Positions 47,399-55,565 of a stretch of DNA of 55,949 nt are shown here, in pieces. A program made the translations under genes and the position numbers. Below the pieces are notes generated by a model. The model was not told where the DNA came from, did not search any database, and saw only the letters and a program-made list of their open reading frames with translations. Each line of letters starts with the position of its first letter. The first letter of the stretch is position 1. This DNA comes from Alphaproteobacteria bacterium (GTDB taxonomy: Bacteria > Pseudomonadota > Alphaproteobacteria > RF32 > CAG-239): positions 1-55,949 of the forward strand of contig JAEEYV010000061.1 of assembly GCA_016288295.1 (NCBI GenBank). Direction: 5' to 3'.

Positions 47399-48487
47399 AT
47401 GAAGGAAATTGATATAAAACAATGGCATCAATTCAAAATATCAGACATTTTTGAAACAGAAATTGTAGGGAAAAAGTTACAAGTTCCTACAGGCTCATAT
47501 ATTGCAAAAAAAGATTTAGTAGATGGAAATATTCCTAGAATAACAGTGAGCGGTGTTAATAATGGCATTACTGGTTATTATTCTGATGAGATAGAAAATG
47601 CTGATTATAGAATTTTTGAGAATTTTATAAGTGTATCGTTTTTAGGGACTGTATTTTATCAAAAAGGACAAGCATCTTTAGATATGAAAGTTCATTGTCT
47701 TAAACCTAAAAATGTAAATTTGAATAATTACATTGCGTGGTTTTTAGTTTCAGTCATAAGAAAAGTAATAACATACAGCACGTACAATGACCAATTATCA
47801 AGTACTGTATTACCAAATTTAATTATAACACTTCCATCTAAATTGAATGAAAAAGGTGAATATAAACCTGATTGGCAATGTATGGAAGATTACATCAAAA
47901 GTATAGAAAAGAAAGTTCAGTTCAATTCAGTTCAGTTCAGTTTGTCATCTAAAACCGAAAAAGGAAGTATTAACTGCCAAAAATGGAAATATTTTCATTT
48001 ATACGATATTTTTAACATTGATATGGGAACAAAACTTGATAGAGTTAAAATGAAAACAGATAATCCTTCTATTGATTTTGTAGGAAGAGCAAACGCTGGA
48101 CAAGGTGTAACAACAAAAGTTAATAAAATTGATGGCTTAGAACCATATAAATCTGGATATTTAACACTTGCATTGGGTGGTGCATATTTAGGTTCTTGCT
48201 TTATTCAAAAAAATGATTTTTATACAAGCCAAAATGTCATTGTTTTAATACCAAAAACAGAGATGTCATTTAGAATAAAACAATTTATAAGCACATCAAT
48301 TTTTGTGGAAAGCCAATTGCATTATAAGGCTTTTATTGATGAATTAAACCCACATATTAAAACAGATTTTCAATTTAAATTACCTGTTGATGAAAATGGT
48401 AATCCAGATTGGGATTATATGAAAAAATATATTACATACATTGAAGAAAAATCAAAAAACAGATTAAAATGCTTAGAGAGCATATAA
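47399..48487 (+). CDS. HsdS-like DNA specificity subunit with two target-recognition domains (BcgI-B-like)
   Basis: Two-fold internal architecture. Each half ends in a helical conserved region: KPDWQCMEDYIKSIEKK mid-protein and NPDWDYMKKYITYIEEK at the C-terminus. Starts 1 nt after the stop of the upstream gene. Confidence 0.7.
   Translation: MKEIDIKQWHQFKISDIFETEIVGKKLQVPTGSYIAKKDLVDGNIPRITVSGVNNGITGYYSDEIENADYRIFENFISVSFLGTVFYQKGQASLDMKVHCLKPKNVNLNNYIAWFLVSVIRKVITYSTYNDQLSSTVLPNLIITLPSKLNEKGEYKPDWQCMEDYIKSIEKKVQFNSVQFSLSSKTEKGSINCQKWKYFHLYDIFNIDMGTKLDRVKMKTDNPSIDFVGRANAGQGVTTKVNKIDGLEPYKSGYLTLALGGAYLGSCFIQKNDFYTSQNVIVLIPKTEMSFRIKQFISTSIFVESQLHYKAFIDELNPHIKTDFQFKLPVDENGNPDWDYMKKYITYIEEKSKNRLKCLESI
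47915..47939 (+). repeat. Pentanucleotide repeat (GTTCA)2-ATTCA-(GTTCA)2 inside the specificity gene
   Basis: gttca gttca attca gttca gttca. It encodes VQFNSVQFS exactly at the junction between the two halves of the S subunit. Confidence 0.8.
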
Positions 48488-48490
48488 ATA

Positions 48491-49249
48491 ATGGACGATG
48501 AAAAAGAAAAATATATCAAAGAATGTATTAAAAATATCATAGCAAGTTATCATATGGTTTTAGGTAATATTAATGATACACCTGAACAAGTTAGTATAAA
48601 ATTGCTTAAGCAAAGATTTGAAGCATCTAAAAAAGCATTTGTAATGCTATATCAAAATGACTGTAAATATGAAGCAACAATTATTGCTGGATATATGTTT
48701 GAATTGCAAGCTTCTATTTATCAATTAGAGCAAGGGTCAAAAACATTTCAAAATATAATGGGAAATATTGCTTATAAATATATGGAAATGGTTTTGCAAT
48801 ATCCTAGTAAAAATGAAGAAAAAATCTGGAATGAATATTTTAAAACTGCATTAGATTTTTTGCAGAATTTCGGGCAACCAATTCTAAAGCAATCAGAAAA
48901 AGTCTACAATATGCTAAATGATGATACACTATCTCAGGAAGAAAAACTTAGAAATTTTGGTAAATGTTATAAAGGAAAGCCCATTCAAAATAGTATTGAT
49001 GATTTTATTAATCATATAAAAAAGGTTATGAAAAAATTTGTAACTAATTACAGCAAGATAGATTATTTATTACATAATTTTTATTTGTCATATTGTTGCT
49101 TTAAACATAATAATTTTCTATCTTTTTTCCCTCAAGAAAAAGACGTGGCTGAAGTAGTTTGCTTTTTATCAATAGTTGCATATTATAATGATTTTAAAGA
49201 ATTAGATAGTTTGGAAGAAAACTATAAAAAACAATTTGATGAATGTTAA
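48491..49249 (+). CDS. Hypothetical protein (252 aa), operonic with the RM pair
   Basis: Starts 3 nt after the S-subunit stop. Looks all-helical by composition. No nuclease, HEPN, ATPase or HTH motif that I can see. Confidence 0.55.
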   Translation: MDDEKEKYIKECIKNIIASYHMVLGNINDTPEQVSIKLLKQRFEASKKAFVMLYQNDCKYEATIIAGYMFELQASIYQLEQGSKTFQNIMGNIAYKYMEMVLQYPSKNEEKIWNEYFKTALDFLQNFGQPILKQSEKVYNMLNDDTLSQEEKLRNFGKCYKGKPIQNSIDDFINHIKKVMKKFVTNYSKIDYLLHNFYLSYCCFKHNNFLSFFPQEKDVAEVVCFLSIVAYYNDFKELDSLEENYKKQFDEC

Positions 49250-49318
49250 TCTTCCACATTCGCCTTTATAAATTTATGGGTTTTGTTTTGGTATGGGGAA
49301 AAACGACAGATTCCACCG

Positions 49319-49335
49319 TGGGGAGTGGCAGGATT
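49319..49335. repeat. Second partial copy of the tRNA-Gln 3' end
   Basis: ggagtggcaggatt (49322-49335) is identical to 49508-49521 of the tRNA gene. With the preceding tgg it matches tgg[ct]ggagtggcaggatt apart from a 2-nt gap. Confidence 0.5.
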
Positions 49336-49466
49336 GTCCGCGACATTGCTTAAAGCAATGCTTGTTCCACTGCGCTCATTCGCTAATGCTCACCGGCGTA
49401 CTTCCGTCCGCCTTTCGCTTGTAGTCGAACCTACTTTCTCGTAGCTTCAAATCCGCCCTCTAACCC

Positions 49467-49500
49467 AATAAAAAAATCCCCCATAAAGGAGGATTTTTTT
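49467..49500 (-). terminator. Terminator immediately downstream of tRNA-Gln
   Basis: A-run, atccccc-ataaa-ggaggat stem (one mismatch), then a T-run. On the minus strand it starts 2 nt after the tRNA CCA end. Confidence 0.55.
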
Positions 49501-49502
49501 AT

Positions 49503-49577
49503 TGGCTGGAGTGGCAGGATTCGAACCTACGAATGTCGGCACCAAAAGCCGATGCCTTACCACTTGGCGACACTCCA
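49503..49577 (-). tRNA. tRNA-Gln (anticodon UUG), CCA encoded
   Basis: The minus strand reads UGGAGUG-UC-GCCAAGUGGUAAGGCA-UCGGC-UUUUGGU-GCCGA-CAUUC-GUAGG-UUCGAAU-CCUGC-CACUCCA-G-CCA. It has the standard four-arm layout, with anticodon loop UUUUGGU. Close resemblance to E. coli tRNA-Gln. Confidence 0.9.
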
Positions 49578-49635
49578 ATCTTGATGCACAGATATATCTA
49601 TGCTAAAAAAATCTTTTTTGCAAGCATTTTTTTAT

Positions 49636-50496
49636 TTATTTTTTCCGAGGCAGTTTTTTCTTGTCTTCTTTTTCCTGTAAAATCTGTAAATCTCGCTCAG
49701 TTGCCATCTTCGTCAATATAGTTTTTATCACCATATCAATCTGTCCATCTTCAGAATAATCTGCCGGCAACGCAAAATCGACACGCCCATCGGTCAGAAG
49801 CTTTATAGCCTTACGTTTATGGTGACTCTTCGGTCTATACACCGCAACCGAATATCCTCCGCTCTTCTTTACCAAGCGCATTGACGGAATATCTGTATCT
49901 CCATCACCAAAATAAATCATACGCGAAAACGGTATTGGTCTGTCTTTGTCAGGCATAAACTCATTTACGGCGCGATCTTCCAGTTTGCCAAGTCCTTTAT
50001 TAATTTTTGCCAGATACTGTGTTTTTGTAGAATAGTTTACTACTCTTGCCGGCCAAATCGGATGTCCTTTTCTGTCATAAGCATAGGCACAGCCAAAGAC
50101 CTCCTTAAAATATTTGCGGATAGAGCTTCCTTCAATAATTTCCTCATATCCGGAAGATATAATATAGTGCTCGATATTCAGCTCCAACCTTTTGCCAAAA
50201 CGGTTTATGCGGTCAAACCATTCCTCTACGCCGGCATAATACTCAATGTCTTTAGCGCATTTTGCAAAAACTTGTTTAGTAAGGGGCATTCTTTTCTGCT
50301 TTGACATTTTTACAAAATAGTACATGGAGCTTGTAATTTGATCCGCATCATTGTCATGCCACCATTGATTCGCCTGTTTCCAAAAAGTTTTCGGGCGCAT
50401 CTTAAACAACTGAATCAAACCATAATCCTGCATATTTGTTGTGCTTAAAGTGCCATCAAAGTCATAAACAAGCGCAACTTTTACTTTTTTTACCAT
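49636..50496 (-). CDS. HAD-superfamily hydrolase (subfamily IB-like)
   Basis: Motif I ALVYDFDGTLS and motif IV YFGDGDTDIPSM. Confidence 0.7.
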   Translation of the reverse strand: MVKKVKVALVYDFDGTLSTTNMQDYGLIQLFKMRPKTFWKQANQWWHDNDADQITSSMYYFVKMSKQKRMPLTKQVFAKCAKDIEYYAGVEEWFDRINRFGKRLELNIEHYIISSGYEEIIEGSSIRKYFKEVFGCAYAYDRKGHPIWPARVVNYSTKTQYLAKINKGLGKLEDRAVNEFMPDKDRPIPFSRMIYFGDGDTDIPSMRLVKKSGGYSVAVYRPKSHHKRKAIKLLTDGRVDFALPADYSEDGQIDMVIKTILTKMATERDLQILQEKEDKKKLPRKK

Positions 50497-50580
50497 TTTT
50501 AATTATCTCCACTTGCTATTTTATCTTAAATATCTTATAAGACAAAGAAGTTAACAAATCAACAACAAAGGACAAAAACA

Positions 50581-51939
50581 ATGCCTGCAACAACAATGGA
50601 CCAACTTGTATCTTTATGCAAACGCCGCGGTTTTATTTATCAAAACGCAGATATTTATGGTGGATTGCAAGGTGTGTATGATTATGGTCCGCTTGGTGTG
50701 GAACTCAAAAATAACCTCAAAGCCGCTTGGTGGCGCGCTATGGTTTATGAGCGTGACGATGTTGAAGGCCTTGACGCCGCAATCTTGACCAACCAAAAGG
50801 TTTTGCATTATTCCGGACATGAGGATACATTTTCTGATCCGATGGTCGATTGCAAAAAATGCAAAAGCCGTTTTCGTGCTGACCATATTAACGGCAAATG
50901 CCCCAACTGCGGCTCTACTGACTTGACCGAACCGCGCCCGTTCAACCTTATGTTCAAAACCGCAATCGGTCCGGTTGATGACGGCTCATCTTTCGGTTAT
51001 TTACGCCCCGAGACTGCACAGGCAATTTTTACCCAGTTTAAAAATGTTGTCGATTCTACCTCACGTAAACTGCCGTTTGGTATTGCTCAAATCGGTAAAT
51101 CTTTCCGCAACGAAATTACCCCGCGTAACTTTATCTTCCGTGTGCGTGAGTTTGAACAGGCCGAATTAGAGTTCTTTATTGAACCCGGTGAAGACGAAAA
51201 ATGGCACGAAATCTGGAAAGAAACCCGCATTCAATGGTGGCTTGATCAAGGTCTTAAAAAAGAACATATGAATATTTATACTACTCCGAAAGAAGATTTG
51301 GCTCACTATGCTAAGGCTTGTTACGATATTGAATACCAATTTCCACATGGTATGGAAGAACTGGAAGGCATTGCTAACCGTACGGACTACGACCTTGGAA
51401 ATCACACTAAGGCACAAGAAGAAATGAATTTAACTTCCCACTGCCACGCTAATCCCGATTCGACCCAGAAACTCTGCATTATGAATGACAACAACAAATG
51501 GGTTGTCCCGTTTGTAATTGAGCCGTCTATGGGCATTGATCGAGGTGTTTTAGCGGTTATGACCGAAGCTTATACCGAAGAAGACTTAGGCGAGGGCAAC
51601 AGTCGTATTGTCTTAAAACTCAAAAAACACCTTGCTCCAATCAAAGTTGCGGTTATTCCGCTCAAAAAGAACAATGAGCAGATAATGAACAAGTGCCACG
51701 AAATCAAACAAAACCTGCTCAAACTCGGCATCGGTCGTGTGGCTTTGGAAAACACTGGAAACATAGGTAAAGCTTATCGCCGCCATGACGAAATCGGTAC
51801 TCCGCTTTGTATAACGGTTGATTTTGAAACCATTGAGCAACAGCCGGAATCTGTAACCATTCGCGACCGTGATACCATGGAACAGCATCGTGTTAATGTC
51901 GCCGATTTGCCGAATTATTTGCGAGAATATTTTTTATAA
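50581..51939 (+). CDS. glyQS: Glycine--tRNA ligase, homodimeric (GlyQS) type
   Basis: [58 protein letters not shown]..., single-chain class II enzyme of 452 aa. Confidence 0.95.
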   Translation: MPATTMDQLVSLCKRRGFIYQNADIYGGLQGVYDYGPLGVELKNNLKAAWWRAMVYERDDVEGLDAAILTNQKVLHYSGHEDTFSDPMVDCKKCKSRFRADHINGKCPNCGSTDLTEPRPFNLMFKTAIGPVDDGSSFGYLRPETAQAIFTQFKNVVDSTSRKLPFGIAQIGKSFRNEITPRNFIFRVREFEQAELEFFIEPGEDEKWHEIWKETRIQWWLDQGLKKEHMNIYTTPKEDLAHYAKACYDIEYQFPHGMEELEGIANRTDYDLGNHTKAQEEMNLTSHCHANPDSTQKLCIMNDNNKWVVPFVIEPSMGIDRGVLAVMTEAYTEEDLGEGNSRIVLKLKKHLAPIKVAVIPLKKNNEQIMNKCHEIKQNLLKLGIGRVALENTGNIGKAYRRHDEIGTPLCITVDFETIEQQPESVTIRDRDTMEQHRVNVADLPNYLREYFL

Positions 51940-51963
51940 TTAACAAAACTAAGGACGAATAAA

Positions 51964-53241
51964 ATGTTGGACATTAAATTTATAGTTGAAAACCCGGAAG
52001 TAGTTAAAGAAGGTTTTGCTAAAAAAGGTTGTAATATTAATGTTGATGAGCTTATTAAGCTCTATCTTGATGTAAATAAACTTAAAACTTCATCTCAATC
52101 CTTAGCTGAAGAAAAAAATCGTTTGAGCAATTCTATAAAATTAGCTTCGCCGGATGACCGTCCCGCTATTATTGCCAAAAGCAAAGCCATAGGTGATGAG
52201 TTTAAACTTGAACAGGAAAAACTTATTGCAGCTCAGGCCCGTCTTGACGAGATTATGTGGCGCACCCCAAATTTAGCCAGTCCGGACAGTCCTGTCGGTG
52301 TAGATGATACAGAAAATGTTGTTCGTCGCAAGGTTGGCACCATTCCGCAATTTGATTTTCAACCTCGTGATCATGTTGAATTGATGGAAATGAACGGCTG
52401 GAGCGAGTTAGAACGCATCGCTAAAGTATGTGGTTCGCGCACTTATGCCATTACTGACGAACTGGCTCGCCTTGAGTTGGCTATCCATCTTATGGTTATG
52501 GATAAACTGGCCGCCAACGGCTTTAGAGTTATTAATGTCCCGTCCATTTCTAAAGAAAAGCCTCTTTATGCCCAAGGCTATCTTCCTTTTGCCAAAGATG
52601 AAATTTATTACATGCCTGAGGATGATGTTTATCTGTCTGGTACAGCCGAACTTATCCTTAATTCTTTACGTGCCGATGAGATTTTATCTGAAAACGAATT
52701 GCCGATTCTCTATGCCGGATTTTCACCATGCTTCCGCCGAGAGGCCGGAGCTGCTGGCAAAGATACACGTGGTTTAACTCGTGTTCACCAGTTTATGAAA
52801 ACCGAGCAATTTGTTATTTGCAAAAATGATATTGCCGAGAGCGAAAAATGGCACCAAAAGCTGTTGCAAATTTCTGAAGAAGTCTTGCAGGATTTGGAAC
52901 TACCTTATCAAGTATTAGAAGTCTGCACCGGTGATATGGGAGCTCCTAAATATCGTCAATACGACCTTGAAGCCTGGGTTCCGAGCCAAAACTGCTATCG
53001 TGAAACCCACAGCTGTTCTAACATTACCGACTGGCAGGCTCGCCGCACCAATTTGCGTTATCGTGACAATGCTGATGGTAAAGTAAAGTTCGTTCATACA
53101 CTTAACAATACCGGTATTGCAACCCCACGTGCTTTGGTTCCGTTTTTAGAAAATCACCAACAGGCCGACGGCTCAATCCGCATACCGGAAAAATTGCAGC
53201 CCTATATGATGGGTAAGAAATATATTGGTGGTAAAAAATAG
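51964..53241 (+). CDS. serS: Serine--tRNA ligase
   Basis: N-terminal coiled-coil arm. Class II motifs FRREAGAAGKDTRGLTRVHQF and TLNNTGIATPRALVPFLENHQ. Confidence 0.95.
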   Translation: MLDIKFIVENPEVVKEGFAKKGCNINVDELIKLYLDVNKLKTSSQSLAEEKNRLSNSIKLASPDDRPAIIAKSKAIGDEFKLEQEKLIAAQARLDEIMWRTPNLASPDSPVGVDDTENVVRRKVGTIPQFDFQPRDHVELMEMNGWSELERIAKVCGSRTYAITDELARLELAIHLMVMDKLAANGFRVINVPSISKEKPLYAQGYLPFAKDEIYYMPEDDVYLSGTAELILNSLRADEILSENELPILYAGFSPCFRREAGAAGKDTRGLTRVHQFMKTEQFVICKNDIAESEKWHQKLLQISEEVLQDLELPYQVLEVCTGDMGAPKYRQYDLEAWVPSQNCYRETHSCSNITDWQARRTNLRYRDNADGKVKFVHTLNNTGIATPRALVPFLENHQQADGSIRIPEKLQPYMMGKKYIGGKK

Positions 53242-53246
53242 TTAAC

Positions 53247-53274
53247 AAAGGCTCTCAAATGAGAGCCTTTTTTG
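53247..53274 (+). terminator. Rho-independent terminator after serS
   Basis: aaaggctctc-aaat-gagagcctttttt. Confidence 0.6.
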
Positions 53275-53333
53275 CTTTCTTGTCTTGTATTTTTTTTCAA
53301 TTGATTTATCTTATTAGGCAGGGAGTGCAGGGG

Positions 53334-53993
53334 ATGATTTTAGACATCAATAAGTTGAAGGTAGTGATTTTTGATTGGGACGGAACTCTTGCCCAAAGCA
53401 ATCCTCCACGCGTTGAAGCTGTCAATCAAGTTCTCAAAAAACATTGTTTGCCCTGTTGGGAAAAGATTAAATCTCGCCGTGATGAAAATCTGTCTTTTAT
53501 GGACAATTTTCCCAATCTGTTTGGTTCAGAAGCAGATGTCGCTTATCATGAATTTTGTGATTTGTACCTTAAGATTATTGAACAAGGTATTCTTGGCTAC
53601 CCTAAAGCCAAAGAAGTTATCGAATTATTGCGTTCTCACGGGGTTAAAATTTCTATTATGACTAACAAAGATCGCCTTTTACTTGAGGCCGAGTTGCCAC
53701 AACTTTTCCCGCTTGAATATTTTGATAGAATAGTTTGCGGTCATGAGGCGCCACGTGATAAACCTTGCGCTGAACATGCACTTTACACACTTAATGGATT
53801 GATAGATATTGACTCAATATCTCCAGATACGGTATGGATTATCGGGGATAGCAAGTTAGACAATCTTTGTGCCGAAGCAATCCATGCTCGCCCGATTCGC
53901 ATTAATTCAATGCTACTTGAACAAGAGCGCTGTTTGTGCAAAGATATTATTTGTTTTGAAAATTTTGAGGCTTTATATAAGGCTCTGAACTAA
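53334..53993 (+). CDS. HAD-superfamily hydrolase (phosphoglycolate-phosphatase-like)
   Basis: Start at MILDINKLKVVIFDWDGTLAQS (motif I DxDGT). Also MTNKDR and IGDSKLD. The longer track ORF would run through the serS terminator. Confidence 0.7.
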   Translation: MILDINKLKVVIFDWDGTLAQSNPPRVEAVNQVLKKHCLPCWEKIKSRRDENLSFMDNFPNLFGSEADVAYHEFCDLYLKIIEQGILGYPKAKEVIELLRSHGVKISIMTNKDRLLLEAELPQLFPLEYFDRIVCGHEAPRDKPCAEHALYTLNGLIDIDSISPDTVWIIGDSKLDNLCAEAIHARPIRINSMLLEQERCLCKDIICFENFEALYKALN

Positions 53994-54005
53994 AGGACTT
54001 TATTT

Positions 54006-55565
54006 ATGAAACAAAATACCGAAGCAGAAAAACAAAAACGTTGGAAACGCTTGATCTGGACGGCTCTTATCATTATCACCCTTGGAATTGCAAACTATTT
54101 ATATTTTATTTATAAAGTTTCATCCAATCACGCTTTAAGCACTCATTATACGTCAGAAGGAGATCCTATGGCTCAATATCGTAATCCGGCGGTTGCGGGA
54201 CTTTTTTATCCGTCCGATGCCGAAAATCTCAATCATGTTGTTGATATTCAAATGAATGTAGCATATCAAAAACATTTGTCCCAACCCAAAATTATTATTG
54301 TTCCTCATGCCGGTTATCAATATTCGGCTTCTGCGGCAGCTCAAGCTTATTTGCCACTTAAAGATTATGCTGAAACAATAAAAACTGTTATTTTAATAGG
54401 TCCTTCACACTATGTGGCGTTTGATGGAGCAGCTCTCTCCGATAATAATTACTTCAAAACACCGCTCGGCTTACTACCCATAAATAAAGAAATTACACAG
54501 GAATTACAACATAATAAATTATTTTCAATCAATTCAAAAGCTCATGAAAAAGAACACTCGGTTGAAGTTCAGTTACCGTTTTTACAAAAAATATTATCTG
54601 ATTTTACCATTGTTCCGATTGTTTATGGTAACATCAATCCTCAGGATTTATCAAATGCTTTGATTGATTATATAAAACGTCCTGATGTATTACTGGTCGT
54701 TTCAGCTGATTTATCACATTATCATAAGTACGAAGATGCGGTTTTAATGGACAATTATACTGCTGAAAAAATTTCCGAAGGGCAGGCCGATGTTGACTAC
54801 CACCATTCTTGTGGTGCCGGTGGAATAAATACAGCCCTTCTCCTAAGCTCAAAACTAAATCTTAAACCCGAAGTCTTAGCCTTAATCAATTCCGGAGATG
54901 TCAGTGGTGATAAAAGCCGAGTTGTCGGCTACGGAGCTTGGTCATTCAGCCATAGTGGTGTAGAAATCAGCCAAATAGAACGTGAATATAACGGACTTTT
55001 GGGTTTTAGTGCCGAATATGGACAACAATTGTTATTGGCAGCGCGCAAATCACTTGCAATGGCGGTTGAAAATAATAAATATCGTCCGTCACGTAGAGAA
55101 TATGATGATCATCTTTTTGATCGCGGTGCCGTATTTGTAACTCTTACCAAGAACGGAGAACTCCGCGGTTGTGTAGGTTCATTATATCCCAGACAAGCAG
55201 TAGTTGCCGATGTGGCGGCTAATGCCTATAGTGCGGCTCTTAATGATGGACGTTTTTCGGCCTTAACAGCGGATGAGTTAAATGATATACAAGTTTCAAT
55301 TTCATTATTAACCGGCTATGAGAAAATAAATTATCAAGATGAACAAGATTTATTGGCTCAATTACGCCCGGGGGTTGATGGCTTGGTAATTCGTGACGGA
55401 AATCGTCAAGGGCTGTTTCTACCCTCAGTTTGGGAACAAATCCCTAACCGCAAAGACTTTTTGAATAACTTAAAATTAAAAGCGGGGATGAGCCCTAGTT
55501 TTTGGTCAAACGACATCAATGTTTATCGTTTTAGAACGGTGGAGATAAAAGAAAATGCAAATTAA
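54006..55565 (+). CDS. Fusion of a MEMO1-family domain (AmmeMemoRadiSam protein B) and an AMMECR1 domain (protein A), with an N-terminal transmembrane helix
   Basis: Memo-like: AGLFYPSDAENL, IIIVPHAGYQYSASAAAQAY, VSADLSHYH. AMMECR1: GAVFVTLTKNGELRGCVGSLYP and GLFLPSVWEQ. Confidence 0.75.
   Translation: MKQNTEAEKQKRWKRLIWTALIIITLGIANYLYFIYKVSSNHALSTHYTSEGDPMAQYRNPAVAGLFYPSDAENLNHVVDIQMNVAYQKHLSQPKIIIVPHAGYQYSASAAAQAYLPLKDYAETIKTVILIGPSHYVAFDGAALSDNNYFKTPLGLLPINKEITQELQHNKLFSINSKAHEKEHSVEVQLPFLQKILSDFTIVPIVYGNINPQDLSNALIDYIKRPDVLLVVSADLSHYHKYEDAVLMDNYTAEKISEGQADVDYHHSCGAGGINTALLLSSKLNLKPEVLALINSGDVSGDKSRVVGYGAWSFSHSGVEISQIEREYNGLLGFSAEYGQQLLLAARKSLAMAVENNKYRPSRREYDDHLFDRGAVFVTLTKNGELRGCVGSLYPRQAVVADVAANAYSAALNDGRFSALTADELNDIQVSISLLTGYEKINYQDEQDLLAQLRPGVDGLVIRDGNRQGLFLPSVWEQIPNRKDFLNNLKLKAGMSPSFWSNDINVYRFRTVEIKENAN

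Noticed and set aside
49290-49470. Possible tmRNA, including the two-piece alphaproteobacterial form, because of GGGGAGTGGCAGGATT..., GGTTCGAC and TTCAAATCC-like strings next to a tRNA.
   Set aside because: No T-arm can be paired. There is no ...TCCACCA 3' end, no acceptor-stem complementarity and no plausible tag ORF ending in an A/L-rich tail. The tRNA-like strings are better explained as a fragment of tRNA-Gln.
33100-49600. A search for an integrase, transposase, relaxase or phage structural genes that would define the 33-49.5 kb accessory region as one mobile element.
   Set aside because: None of the ORFs shows tyrosine or serine recombinase, DDE transposase or relaxase motifs. The region is better described as a mosaic of small insertions than as one identifiable element.
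50497-50580. A T-box or other leader riboswitch upstream of glyQS, and likewise upstream of serS at 51940-51963.
   Set aside because: The leaders are only ~85 and ~24 nt, far too short for a T-box. No specifier or antiterminator structure is visible.
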